Assembly: GCA_047285535.1 (NCBI GenBank)
Contig: JBJBDC010000001.1
Coordinates: forward strand, 2,816,136 to 2,880,135
Length of the DNA: 64,000 bases
Reading direction: 5' to 3'
From: Synechococcus sp.
GTDB lineage: Bacteria > Cyanobacteriota > Cyanobacteriia > PCC-6307 > Cyanobiaceae
Shown: positions 54,837-64,000 of the stretch, in pieces
How the letters are laid out: every line of letters starts with the position of its first letter
Position numbering within the stretch: position 1 is the first letter of the stretch
Translations under genes and position numbers: made by a program
Notes under the pieces: generated by a model
What the model saw: only the letters and a program-made list of their open reading frames with translations
What the model was told of the DNA's origin: nothing
Databases searched by the model: none

Positions 54837-55721
54837 ATGGGTGTCTTCCGCTACCGGGGCACAGACCTCCTCACTTGGCGAAGGGATCTGATTCGTCAAG
54901 GTGGGCGAGTTGTGGATCTTGATTGGCTTCTTTCAATGGCCGCTGATTGCTCTTGGGGCGATCTTCAAAAGCTACGAATCACCCCAGATGTCGAAATCGG
55001 ACTGGGTGCTTCCTTAGAGCAATTAACGGATCTTTGGACCCAGCATCGAGATCAGCACATTCCTCTGCAGCATTTAGTTGGCCTCTGTCCATGGCGGGAT
55101 TTTGAGTTGAAGGTCTCTTCAGACGCCTTGATTCCTCGTCAAGAAACCGAGTTGCTGATCGACTTTGCCTTGCAGTGTTTGCCGGAAGAGGAACGGCTGG
55201 CTGAGGGAATCTGGGTCGATTTGGGGACGGGCTCTGGAGCGTTAGCGGTAGCGCTTGCGCGTGCGCTCCCTCACTGGAGTGGACATGCGGTGGACTCCAG
55301 TGAAGATGCCCTCGCTTTGGCTGAATGCAATCTCTTGGCCCTTGCTGGTGATGGTCGTTGGCAACTCCATTTGGGTTGCTGGTGGGAACCGCTCAGGCCC
55401 TGGTGGGGGCAGTTGCGGCTTGTACTAGCCAACCCGCCCTACATTCCCTCTTCTGTATTCGATGGACTTGATCCCGTTGTGAAGGACCATGAGCCCTATC
55501 TTGCGCTCTGCGGAGGCCTTGACGGCCTCGATTGTTGCCGGCGGATTATCCGAGATGCATTCAAAGCACTAGCGCCAGGCGGTTGGCTTCTTTTGGAACA
55601 CCACCATGACCAAAGTGAGTTGGTGCTGGAGTTGCTCAGCAATGCAGGACTCGAGAGGACAGAAACCCGCTGTGATCTTCAGGGAATACCTCGCTTTGCC
55701 CTTGCTCAGCGATCCTGGTAA
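54837..55721 (+). CDS. prmC: release factor glutamine methyltransferase
   Basis: LIPRQETE, DLGTGSG, NPPY. Confidence 0.93.
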   Translation: MGVFRYRGTDLLTWRRDLIRQGGRVVDLDWLLSMAADCSWGDLQKLRITPDVEIGLGASLEQLTDLWTQHRDQHIPLQHLVGLCPWRDFELKVSSDALIPRQETELLIDFALQCLPEEERLAEGIWVDLGTGSGALAVALARALPHWSGHAVDSSEDALALAECNLLALAGDGRWQLHLGCWWEPLRPWWGQLRLVLANPPYIPSSVFDGLDPVVKDHEPYLALCGGLDGLDCCRRIIRDAFKALAPGGWLLLEHHHDQSELVLELLSNAGLERTETRCDLQGIPRFALAQRSW

Positions 55722-55727
55722 TCCAAA

Positions 55728-56372
55728 TTGTCGACACAGCCATTGGATGACGCGAGGGTGATCAAGTCTTCAAATGTTTGGCACAGAGATGGCATTACTG
55801 CGCATTTGCTTGCAGGTGGTGCAGCTCTTTTACCCACAGATACGCTTCCTGCGCTGGCAGCAGCTCCAGAACATGCATCTCAGATTTGGCGCTTAAAACG
55901 AAGGCCACATGACAAACCGCTGATTTTGATGGGTGCGGATCTCGATGGTTTGCTGTGCCATGTCGCTCCCGATGTTCGAGAGGATGCAATCGCACTGGCA
56001 CAGTTGCACTGGCCGGGAGCTCTCACTCTTGTGTTGCCTGCCTTTGGTCGATGGGCAGAGGCATTGAATCCTGGATGCACAACTCTTGGTTTGAGAATCC
56101 CAGCTTGCACCCCCACTCTTGATCTTCTCAGTTGCAGCGGACCTCTTGCCACTACCAGCGCCAATGTTTCGGGTGAATCCCCTAGTCGAACTGCTAAGGA
56201 TGCTGCGGCTGCGTTCCCACACTTGCCGCTGCTTGCACCGATCCCCTGGCCCGAGCACTCCGGTCAAGCAAGTTCTGTTATCGCTTGGAAAGCACCTCAA
56301 TGCTGGCATTGGCTGCGCAGAGGCGCTGTGATGCCTTCAGGTGTGCTAGGCCTTTCTGAATGCTCTGGCTGA
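55728..56372 (+). CDS. tsaC: L-threonylcarbamoyladenylate synthase (YrdC/Sua5)
   Basis: PTDT, KRRPHDKPL, WPGALT, TTSANVSG. Confidence 0.9.
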   Translation: MSTQPLDDARVIKSSNVWHRDGITAHLLAGGAALLPTDTLPALAAAPEHASQIWRLKRRPHDKPLILMGADLDGLLCHVAPDVREDAIALAQLHWPGALTLVLPAFGRWAEALNPGCTTLGLRIPACTPTLDLLSCSGPLATTSANVSGESPSRTAKDAAAAFPHLPLLAPIPWPEHSGQASSVIAWKAPQCWHWLRRGAVMPSGVLGLSECSG

Positions 56373-56521
56373 TTGCTGCGCTGATTTTTCTCCAAGCGGC
56401 CGTTCATTGGCTGTTTGAACCACTGGTGCAACTGTTCACTCCAATACTGGAATTGAACCTCTTGCCTTGGATTCTGGCTTTTGTTGGACTTTGGATTTTC
56501 ACGGGTCGATCGAGTCCCTAG
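56360..56521 (+). CDS. small membrane protein (53 aa), below ORF-track cut-off
   Basis: MLWLIAALIFLQAAVHWLFEPLVQLFTPILELNLLPWILAFVGLWIFTGRSSP; overlaps tsaC stop. Confidence 0.6.
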   Translation: MLWLIAALIFLQAAVHWLFEPLVQLFTPILELNLLPWILAFVGLWIFTGRSSP

Positions 56522-56555
56522 CTAGGTCTTATGGGGACTTGTGGAACTGTTCTGA

Positions 56556-56627
56556 AGCCGGCTAACGGATTTGAACCGATGACCTTCGCTTTACAAAAGC
56601 GCTGCTCTACCACTGAGCTAAGCCGGC
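56556..56627 (-). tRNA. tRNA-Thr(TGT)
   Basis: GCCGGCTTAGCTCAGTGGTAGAGC...TTTGTAA...GGTTCAAATCC...GCCGGCT. Confidence 0.96.
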
Positions 56628-56887
56628 ATTGCAGGGAGTTTAACGCTGCGACCTCTCATGGATTCACCATGTGTTTGTAGCCACCACATTGAAAGCTCTA
56701 GCCTCGATCGGCAACCACTTTTTTCAAGAGCGTTGCTGATATGACTTTCTACGGTGCGGATGCTCACCACGAGGCGGGATGCAATGGCTCGATTACTGAG
56801 ACCTTCCAGAAGTAAATGAATCACGGTGGTCTCAGCTGGCGTGAAGGCTGGGTTAGACATGATGGCTGGAGATGATTCCAGAACCAT
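56618..56887 (-). CDS. small stand-alone LuxR-type regulator (PedR-like)
   Basis: GLSNRAIA..LVVSIRTVESHISNAL HTH. Confidence 0.85.
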   Translation of the reverse strand: MVLESSPAIMSNPAFTPAETTVIHLLLEGLSNRAIASRLVVSIRTVESHISNALEKSGCRSRLELSMWWLQTHGESMRGRSVKLPAMPA

Positions 56888-56893
56888 TCCCCG

Positions 56894-57178
56894 TTATTTG
56901 GATTTTGGAGTCATCGATGAGATCGGTCTGCGAATTGGCAAGTTGGCAACGAGAGCTGTGACTCGATCTTCTGTTTCCAGACTGACATCACCTTCCTCTA
57001 AGTCGATCTCCACATATTTAGCTACCACCTCAAAAATTTCTCGTCGCATTTGATCCAGAAGCTCAGGGCTCAGGTCACTGCGGTCATGAGCTAGTACCAA
57101 CTGAAGTCTGTCTCTGGCAGTGGAGGCACTTGCTGGTTGACGTCCAAGCAGTTTGTCGACGAGGTCACGGAGAGTCAT
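56894..57178 (-). CDS. minE: cell division topological specificity factor
   Basis: [17 protein letters not shown]. Confidence 0.96.
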   Translation of the reverse strand: MTLRDLVDKLLGRQPASASTARDRLQLVLAHDRSDLSPELLDQMRREIFEVVAKYVEIDLEEGDVSLETEDRVTALVANLPIRRPISSMTPKSK

Positions 57179-57182
57179 CAGC

Positions 57183-57998
57183 TCAGAAGATCTTCGTTTG
57201 CATCAGGCGGCGCACAGTGGCACGGAGGCCCGAACGCTCTTTAGAGGGATCCAACAATGGAATCTCCTCACCTTGGAGGCGTCGGGCAATGTTTCCGTAA
57301 GCCCTAGCCGCAGGAGAATTAGTCCCATTGAGGGTAAGAGGTTCGCCCCGATTGGTGCTCACGATCACTTGTTCGTCTTCAAGCACTAACCCAAGTAAGG
57401 GCAGGGCAAGGATGTCGGTCACATCGTCCACCGCCAGCATCTCTTGATTGGCCATCATTTTTGGCCTCACGCGGTTGAGTACGAGCTGTACGGGTGACAC
57501 CCCGTGGGTGTTAAGCAAACCGATGACTCGATCGGCATCACGAACCGCAGAGACTTCAGGTGTCGTGATCACGATGGCTTCACGGGCTGCTGCTACTGCG
57601 TTTTTAAAACCGTCTTCAATTCCCGCTGGGCAATCGATAAGAACGTAATCAAACCTCTTCTCCAACATGGTGGCAATGGTCTGCATATCTTCCGGTTTGA
57701 GCCACTCGAGCATTCGCGGATTGCCCGCTGGCAGCAGAGCCAAATTTGGAACTTGTTTGTGTTTCACCAGTGCCTGGTCTAATCGGCAGGTTTCGGCCAA
57801 AACCTCCTGCGCGGTGTAGACAATTCGATTCTCGAGTCCAAGCAGAAGATCTAGATTGCGCAAACCGAAATCTGCATCAAGAACCACCGTGCTGGATCCG
57901 TGTTGAGCTAGGGCGATTCCTAGATTTGCCGTCAGGGTGGTTTTGCCTACGCCTCCCTTGCCGGAGCAAATCAAGATCGTTCGCGAATTTGAGGTCAC
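57183..57998 (-). CDS. minD: septum site-determining ATPase
   Basis: [29 protein letters not shown]. Confidence 0.97.
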   Translation of the reverse strand: MTSNSRTILICSGKGGVGKTTLTANLGIALAQHGSSTVVLDADFGLRNLDLLLGLENRIVYTAQEVLAETCRLDQALVKHKQVPNLALLPAGNPRMLEWLKPEDMQTIATMLEKRFDYVLIDCPAGIEDGFKNAVAAAREAIVITTPEVSAVRDADRVIGLLNTHGVSPVQLVLNRVRPKMMANQEMLAVDDVTDILALPLLGLVLEDEQVIVSTNRGEPLTLNGTNSPAARAYGNIARRLQGEEIPLLDPSKERSGLRATVRRLMQTKIF

Positions 57999-58057
57999 GT
58001 TGTCGCGGTTGATGAGTGCAGGTTAAGGGCACTTGCCCTTAATACAATTGAAATCGA

Positions 58058-58753
58058 TCAAAGCTTTGGCATCTGCATGTCAAAGCGAGGTTCAGCGGGC
58101 TCGATTGAAATCACACCATCCACCACCCGGGCTTCCTCTGCAAGTCCAGGCTGTGGCTTCTCTTCAGGACCTCGGGCAACCAGATCTGCGATACGTAGCT
58201 GAAGCGGACGGAGCTGCAGTGCGGCAATGCGTGCAGTTAGATCTCCATTGTGACCAGCGTGAGCACAACCAAGAAGGCGCCCCCAGACGAGGACGTTGCC
58301 TCCTGCACTGATTTGAGCGCCTGGATTGACATCGCCAATGAGCATCACGTGGTTGCGAGCTTTGAGATGGTCTCCTGATCGCAGCGTTGCCCTATGAACC
58401 AAAAGTGCTGGCAGCTGACGTTCATCGGCGTCTTGGGACTGCTGATTCGAACGCTGCGGAGTTGTGAGCTGGGCTGGAATGCCCAGGGCATTGGCACTGA
58501 CCACGGTGAGTGAATTGCAGCTTTTGATCGAGAGCAATCTGCATCCGCGTTTCTCAAGTTGACTTTGGAAATCAGTCAGCACACGGCAATTCAGCTGCCA
58601 TTCTCCTCCATCCAGCTCAAGATCTTGACCTTCAAGACCATTGAGTTGGTCCGCAAGGGTGTCTTGCCAATGGCCATGCTGATTGCTGGGCAAGACCAGG
58701 CGCTGATATGAAGCTTGAATGGTCTCTGGTTTCACCGCCAACCCCGTCATCAA
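58058..58753 (-). CDS. minC: septum site-determining protein
   Basis: TLRSG, GDVNPGA, VWGRL.G.AHAG. Confidence 0.93.
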   Translation of the reverse strand: MMTGLAVKPETIQASYQRLVLPSNQHGHWQDTLADQLNGLEGQDLELDGGEWQLNCRVLTDFQSQLEKRGCRLLSIKSCNSLTVVSANALGIPAQLTTPQRSNQQSQDADERQLPALLVHRATLRSGDHLKARNHVMLIGDVNPGAQISAGGNVLVWGRLLGCAHAGHNGDLTARIAALQLRPLQLRIADLVARGPEEKPQPGLAEEARVVDGVISIEPAEPRFDMQMPKL

Positions 58754-58768
58754 GAGTGGAGGCTGACG

Positions 58769-60025
58769 CTAAATGTCACTCCGATATTGGCCAACCTTTC
58801 GTTTCAGTTCCTGACCAATCTGTTTTGGGTAAATCAGCCAGCTGGTGCTTGCCGGTTTGCTCAGGCTTTCAACAAGTGCTGAACTCCGTTCCAGCGCGTG
58901 AAGCTCTTGCCCGTCCCACAGCCTCAGCCCTCCGCGATACGGGTGATAGCCATGGAGTTGTTGATGGCGTAGTCCGCAGCACAAGCCTGGATCTAATCCT
59001 TTGGCTTCGGCCAATCCCCTGGCAACGGCTAAGCATTCGAGCTGTTTTTCCTTGGAGAGACTATCCACGTCAAGAGCTTTGAGCAGTCTTCGGGAAAGGA
59101 ACCGATCGCAGAGATCAGCTAACGGCGGAGGGGCTTCCTCTCTCCAGCGCAACAGGTGATAGCCAATTCGCAAATCATCATTGGACAAATAGGTCTCCAG
59201 ATCGAGCTCATGCGTCGACCAAAGCCAGCAGCTCATCGTTGAATCTGTCCAAACACGATCGGATCCAAGCTCCCGGGCTAGGCGGATGAGTTGTTCCAGC
59301 AGCCAATTGCAGATCACATTGAGGCGGTGGTTGTACACACTGCGGTACATCAGGTTGCGAACCACTAGGTAGTGCTCGACAGCCATGAGACCTTTGGGAT
59401 GGATGGCAAGTTCCCCATCCGGTGCAAAGGTCAGTGCCGCCAAGATTCTTTCCAGATCCAGCTGGCCATAGCGCGTCCCGGTGCTGTAGCTATCACGCAA
59501 TAAGTAATCGAGCCGGTCGCAGTCGAGTTGACTACTGACGAGGTCTTTGATGACCCTCCGCTGAGTTGTTCCATGCTGTAGTAGTTCGGCTACAGCTTCA
59601 GAGGTTCCCGGTTCGAATCGTTCGAGTGGCTCATAGACCTCTGAATGTTCGCGAATGATTTTGGCGGACCAAACCTCATGGTGGGTGCCGAACATTTCCT
59701 CCCCGGTGTGGCTAAGGGGGGCATGGCCCAAGTCATGGAGCAGGGCTGCCGCATAGAGGATGCCCCGATGCTGTTCCAAGGACACGTCCTTAGACAGCAG
59801 TCGCGCAAAGGCCTGACGTGCGATATGAAAGACGCCAAGGGAGTGAGTGAAGCGGCTGGATTCAGCCCCATGGAAGGTTAAGAAAGCTGGCCCTAGCTGA
59901 CGAATGCGCCGAAGCCTTTGGAAGGGAGAGGCTTCCACGAGCTGCAGGACTAATGCTTCCGCGGGGTCGTCTGTATTCAGAGAGATGCCGCCGTGCAGAG
60001 GATCGTGATACGTGCGGCTACTCAT
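58769..60025 (-). CDS. HD-domain phosphohydrolase (dNTPase-like)
   Basis: FQRLRRIRQLG, RFTHSLG, LHDLGH, DCDRLDYL. Confidence 0.9.
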   Translation of the reverse strand: MSSRTYHDPLHGGISLNTDDPAEALVLQLVEASPFQRLRRIRQLGPAFLTFHGAESSRFTHSLGVFHIARQAFARLLSKDVSLEQHRGILYAAALLHDLGHAPLSHTGEEMFGTHHEVWSAKIIREHSEVYEPLERFEPGTSEAVAELLQHGTTQRRVIKDLVSSQLDCDRLDYLLRDSYSTGTRYGQLDLERILAALTFAPDGELAIHPKGLMAVEHYLVVRNLMYRSVYNHRLNVICNWLLEQLIRLARELGSDRVWTDSTMSCWLWSTHELDLETYLSNDDLRIGYHLLRWREEAPPPLADLCDRFLSRRLLKALDVDSLSKEKQLECLAVARGLAEAKGLDPGLCCGLRHQQLHGYHPYRGGLRLWDGQELHALERSSALVESLSKPASTSWLIYPKQIGQELKRKVGQYRSDI

Positions 60026-61329
60026 GCCGTTGGTGCCATCTCCTCGGTGCTGGTGGTCTCGGGTGATGGAGGAACACCTGAGTTGTTGCGGTCGATGAGT
60101 GCTTCTAAAACCCGTTCTGCATCTGTCAGCCAGCGGTCACCTTCGCCGCCTGGATTGAGTGGTTCAGGCTGATCCAGTAAGCGATCTGGCGTGATCCCTT
60201 GTCCCTGAATATCGCGTCCGCTTGGCGTTACATATCCGGCTACGGTGACGGCTAAACCACTGCCATCGCTGAGGCTGGTCAAGGTCTGTATCAGACCTTT
60301 GCCAAACGTGGGGCTTCCGAGAAGTAGCGAACGATGATTGTCTTGCAGGGCTCCGGCGAGGATCTCGCTTGCACTTGCTGTGCCTTCGTTGACAAGGGTC
60401 ACCATGGGACCGTCGTAAAGGGTGGATTCGCTCGCTTGGATGGGATCTACAATTCCTTCTCGATTGCGGGTTTCGACGATCGGCTCTTGGTCCAGAAAGG
60501 CGTCAGCGACCGAGAGTCCTCCACTGACAAGTCCTCCAGAATTATTTCGCAGATCCAAAACCACCCCTTCTACCCCCTTGTCACTGAGTTCTTTTAAAGC
60601 TTCCTGAACTTGTTGAGGTACGCCTTCGCTGAACTGCGTAATCCGCAGGTGGCCAAGCGTATGGGTGTCACTGCGCAGACGGCGAGTTCGAACGGGTCTG
60701 AGGTCAACATTGCGTCGTTCGAGCGTGATCTCTGTTGTCTCTCCATTCGGAGGTCGAAAGGTCAGCACGACTTGAGTTCCGACATCTCCGCGTAACCGTG
60801 CTGCTGTGGCTTCGAGCCCCAACACAGCGGTGGATTCTCCATCCACCGCAATCAGTGACGAACCGCTGATCACCCCGGCGTCGGCAGCTGGGGATCCTTC
60901 CAGTGCCGCAATGACGACGACGGAGGTTTCCTCATTGTGATGGCCAAGTTGCAGCCCCACGCCACTCAGGCTTCCGGAGTTGCTGGACTTCATGGCGGAG
61001 TAATCGACAGGTCTCAGCAACCTTGTGTAGGGATCCTCTAGGGGGTCCAGCATGGCTTCGATGGCGCTGTAGGCCTGCTCGCTCGATTCGATCGTCTGCT
61101 CGAGTGCTTTCTGTCGCAGTCGTTTCCAGTGAATACGATCGAAGCTTGCGGGGTCGACGTAGCTCTGATTCACCAAGCGCCAGCTTTCGACAACCAACTG
61201 CTGGGCATCGTTAAGAGCCAGAGCAGGCGCTGGGACTAAGAGGCAGCAAAGCAAAAGGGGCGTCAAGACAAAAGCCAGCTGTTGCAGGCCTTTCCCCGAG
61301 CAATTAACAATCGGCAACATCAGCTTCAT
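60022..61329 (-). CDS. ctpA: carboxyl-terminal processing protease (S41)
   Basis: PDZ domain, LDLRNNSGG, TASASEI, TFGKG; divergent from petB. Confidence 0.9.
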   Translation of the reverse strand: MKLMLPIVNCSGKGLQQLAFVLTPLLLCCLLVPAPALALNDAQQLVVESWRLVNQSYVDPASFDRIHWKRLRQKALEQTIESSEQAYSAIEAMLDPLEDPYTRLLRPVDYSAMKSSNSGSLSGVGLQLGHHNEETSVVVIAALEGSPAADAGVISGSSLIAVDGESTAVLGLEATAARLRGDVGTQVVLTFRPPNGETTEITLERRNVDLRPVRTRRLRSDTHTLGHLRITQFSEGVPQQVQEALKELSDKGVEGVVLDLRNNSGGLVSGGLSVADAFLDQEPIVETRNREGIVDPIQASESTLYDGPMVTLVNEGTASASEILAGALQDNHRSLLLGSPTFGKGLIQTLTSLSDGSGLAVTVAGYVTPSGRDIQGQGITPDRLLDQPEPLNPGGEGDRWLTDAERVLEALIDRNNSGVPPSPETTSTEEMAPTA

Positions 61330-61387
61330 TCTGTCGCGTCGTCTGGAGTGTCATCGGTAGACTCCTCCAATCCAAACAGACATTTGC

Positions 61388-62044
61388 ATGGCGAACTCCT
61401 CACCTGTCTACGACTGGTTCCAGGAACGTCTTGAAATTCAGGACATCGCTGATGACATCAGCACGAAATACGTTCCACCGCATGTCAATATTTTTTACTG
61501 CTTGGGTGGTATCACGCTTGTTTGCTTCCTGATTCAGTTTGCGACAGGCTTCGCGATGACTTTTTACTACAAGCCTACTGTCGCTGAGGCTTATAGCTCA
61601 GTTCAGTATTTGATGTCTGATGTGAGCTTCGGATGGCTCATCCGTTCCGTTCATCGATGGAGTGCCTCGATGATGGTGCTGATGTTGATTCTTCATGTTT
61701 TCCGCGTTTATCTCACTGGTGGTTTCAAGCGTCCTCGTGAGCTCACTTGGGTGACAGGAGTCACTATGGCAGTGATTACGGTCTCTTTCGGCGTCACTGG
61801 ATATTCCTTGCCCTGGGACCAGGTTGGCTATTGGGCCGTCAAAATCGTCTCAGGAGTTCCTGCTGCTATCCCCGTGGTTGGTGATTTCATGGTTGAACTT
61901 CTTCGTGGTGGCGAGAGCGTCGGTCAGTCCACATTGACTCGCTTTTACAGTCTCCATACCTTCGTCATGCCATGGCTGCTTGCGGTGTTCATGCTCATGC
62001 ACTTCTTGATGATCCGAAAGCAGGGCATTTCTGGTCCCTTGTAG
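61388..62044 (+). CDS. petB: cytochrome b6
   Basis: [30 protein letters not shown]. Confidence 0.98.
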   Translation: MANSSPVYDWFQERLEIQDIADDISTKYVPPHVNIFYCLGGITLVCFLIQFATGFAMTFYYKPTVAEAYSSVQYLMSDVSFGWLIRSVHRWSASMMVLMLILHVFRVYLTGGFKRPRELTWVTGVTMAVITVSFGVTGYSLPWDQVGYWAVKIVSGVPAAIPVVGDFMVELLRGGESVGQSTLTRFYSLHTFVMPWLLAVFMLMHFLMIRKQGISGPL

Positions 62045-62121
62045 TCCATTGCAGTTTCTTCATCTGCTCACCCAGATTTTTTAACTCCCCATCTACTTTT
62101 TACTTATTGCTGCTTCTCACT

Positions 62122-62604
62122 ATGCATATTCTCAAGAAGCCTGATCTCACTGACCCCAAATTAAGGGCCAAGCTTGCAAAGGGTATGGGTCACAACTACT
62201 ACGGAGAGCCTGCCTGGCCTAATGACCTTCTCTATATTTTCCCGGTAGTGATCCTTGGCACTATCGCCTGCATTGTTGGCTTATCGGTATTGGATCCAGC
62301 AATGCTGGGTGATAAGGCTGATCCATTCGCAACTCCACTTGAGATCCTTCCTGAGTGGTATCTCTATCCGGTCTTTCAGATTCTTCGTGTTGTCCCGAAC
62401 AAGCTTCTGGGTATAGCACTTCAAACTTTGGTTCCGCTTGGATTGATGCTCATTCCTTTCATAGAGAGTTTCAACAAATTTCAGAATCCGTTCCGCCGAC
62501 CCATTGCGATGGCTGTCTTCTTGTTCGGAACGGCTACTACCATTTATCTCGGAATTGGTGCTGCTATGCCTATTGATAAATCATTAACCCTTGGTTTGTT
62601 TTAA
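62122..62604 (+). CDS. petD: cytochrome b6f subunit IV
   Basis: [26 protein letters not shown] 62122. Confidence 0.97.
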   Translation: MHILKKPDLTDPKLRAKLAKGMGHNYYGEPAWPNDLLYIFPVVILGTIACIVGLSVLDPAMLGDKADPFATPLEILPEWYLYPVFQILRVVPNKLLGIALQTLVPLGLMLIPFIESFNKFQNPFRRPIAMAVFLFGTATTIYLGIGAAMPIDKSLTLGLF

Positions 62605-62642
62605 GCCCTCGATTTGTTTGGATAAAATTATTTATACTAGTT

Positions 62643-62684
62643 AAATAAAAATCTCCCGTCTAATTGCTGGGGGATTTTTATTTT
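62643..62684. terminator. bidirectional terminator between petD and invertase
   Basis: AAATAAAAATCTCC...GGGGATTTTTATTTT. Confidence 0.7.
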
Positions 62685-62699
62685 CTTGCAGAATGTTCT

Positions 62700-64000
62700 T
62701 TAATAAATCTTCTGATCAAGATCGAGCATTTCCACGTCGTTAGGATTAATCCTAAGGAAGTGATGCAATAGAAGGAATCCAACAATGGTCCAAGTTTGGT
62801 ATGTCCTTGATTGCTGTCCCATCCAGGTGCCTGTTGGACCATCAAAATATTCTGCCCACTGTTGTCGTGGTAATTGGTTGAGTTGGCTCCAGTAACAATC
62901 CTCGAGCATCGCTTTCATCTGTCCCATCAGCAGGATGTCGGCATTGGGATGTCGACGCTCATGCAGGAGGATTGAGGCCCCGAAATACCAAAGCAGGCTG
63001 GGCCAATGCCCTCCGTTGTGATAGCTCCATGGCCAGTTTTTGGGATCGGATCCAGTTTTGTTTTGCCACTCCATGGTTTCCATGGGTGGATGGCAAATGC
63101 GCATCGGCATCTGAGCCATCAAATGATTGCGGTTGTGCAGCATGAGACGGAACAGGGCACGCTGTTGTGGTGCGGTGAGAAGTCCGAATAGACAGCCGAG
63201 GGAATTGCCTAGGCTGTAAAAGCGGAAATCTGGTCGACCTGTTCGAATATTTCCAATGAGATAGCCGCCACGGTTCTCAAGCCAGTCCTGAAGCCAATCA
63301 GGAATGACCTGAGGTTGCACATTGAACTCATTTTGGTGTTGATTGTCGCCGTATTGCTCCGTTGGCCGTCGCCTTAGCACTTGCATCGTCTTACTGGTGA
63401 CCCAGTAGTGCTTCAGCAAAAATTTCCTTAGGTCATGGATCCATTGGCGAGTCAACACCAACCGCTGATCAAGAAGTCTGCTGTTTTGATGGCGACGTCC
63501 CAGTTCCATCAGCTGAGAGCAGCAACGGAGTGAGGCATAAAGCAGCACTTCAACCTCAAGTGGCGCCCCCCACACGTCCATTGGACGATCAATCATGAAC
63601 GCACAATCCGGAACGAACAGCACTGGTGTGCCCTCAAAAGTGGGATGAAGCACGAGGTCCAACAGCAGTTGTACGCCTCGTTGGACGCTTGCAGTGGATC
63701 CAAATTGTTCATCCCCGCTGGTTTTGACGTACATCCAACAGAGGATTGGCCACCAAAGGCTGGCGTCAACAGAAGTGATCCTGCCGATCGAACGTTGGCC
63801 GTAATCGGCGACGAGCACGCCATTTTCTTCAACAAAACTGGTTGGGAAGACGCCTCGTGTTTGGTAAGTGGTGCTTTGAAGGTCGAGGCAAATTTCTAGG
63901 AATTGTTTGACGATTTTGAATCGCTTTTGAGTTAGCAGGTAGACCATCACTGGCACGTTGTCGCGCAGGAAAATCTCGCCGTAGTTGAGCGCCTCATCGT
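62700..64000 (-). CDS. alkaline/neutral invertase (GH100), 5' end outside window
   Basis: LNYGEIFLRD, VDASLWW, MIDRPMD, SYHNGGHWP, QTWTI. Confidence 0.93.
   Translation of the reverse strand, partial: DEALNYGEIFLRDNVPVMVYLLTQKRFKIVKQFLEICLDLQSTTYQTRGVFPTSFVEENGVLVADYGQRSIGRITSVDASLWWPILCWMYVKTSGDEQFGSTASVQRGVQLLLDLVLHPTFEGTPVLFVPDCAFMIDRPMDVWGAPLEVEVLLYASLRCCSQLMELGRRHQNSRLLDQRLVLTRQWIHDLRKFLLKHYWVTSKTMQVLRRRPTEQYGDNQHQNEFNVQPQVIPDWLQDWLENRGGYLIGNIRTGRPDFRFYSLGNSLGCLFGLLTAPQQRALFRLMLHNRNHLMAQMPMRICHPPMETMEWQNKTGSDPKNWPWSYHNGGHWPSLLWYFGASILLHERRHPNADILLMGQMKAMLEDCYWSQLNQLPRQQWAEYFDGPTGTWMGQQSRTYQTWTIVGFLLLHHFLRINPNDVEMLDLDQKIY

Noticed and set aside
61972..62121. 50-aa N-terminal extension of PetD
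   Set aside because: Canonical PetD starts at MHILKKPDL (62122); the extension overlaps petB out of frame.

Overview
Chromosomal segment of a marine Synechococcus (subcluster 5.1-type gene order). The centre (about 14.5-42.3 kb) is the complete phycobilisome rod region, lying between the LMW tyrosine phosphatase gene and tRNA-Phe(GAA): rpcG-rpcT-rpcAB, pebAB, cpeU, cpeBA, mpeV/cpeF, cpeYZ, mpeU, mpeC, mpeBA, mpeY, three Nif11-like ORFs, cpeRTS, linkers cpeE/mpeD/cpeC, a CpcL-type linker, an extra PEII linker and aplA. Residue-level reading (MpeY G319, CpeB L141, mpeU plus mpeV, fused RpcG with NHCQ) points to a PUB-rich, probably type-IV (CA4-A) chromatic acclimater, whose regulatory island would lie outside the window. 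The flanks are core genes (rodA, mrp, hemF, purM, panC-cmk, metK, rpsA, nrdR, psbBT, psbM, dprA, minCDE, ctpA, petBD, invertase) plus three tRNAs. The most unusual observations are a remodelled RpcB C-terminal chromophore loop carrying an extra Cys, a multiply disrupted K+ channel pseudogene behind tRNA-Cys that the ORF track misses, decayed ORF debris behind tRNA-Phe, a LexA box before dprA and a probable CTG start for panC-cmk. I found no CRISPR array, intact mobile element or clearly new multi-gene system. All assignments are by motif recognition and synteny; no searches were run.
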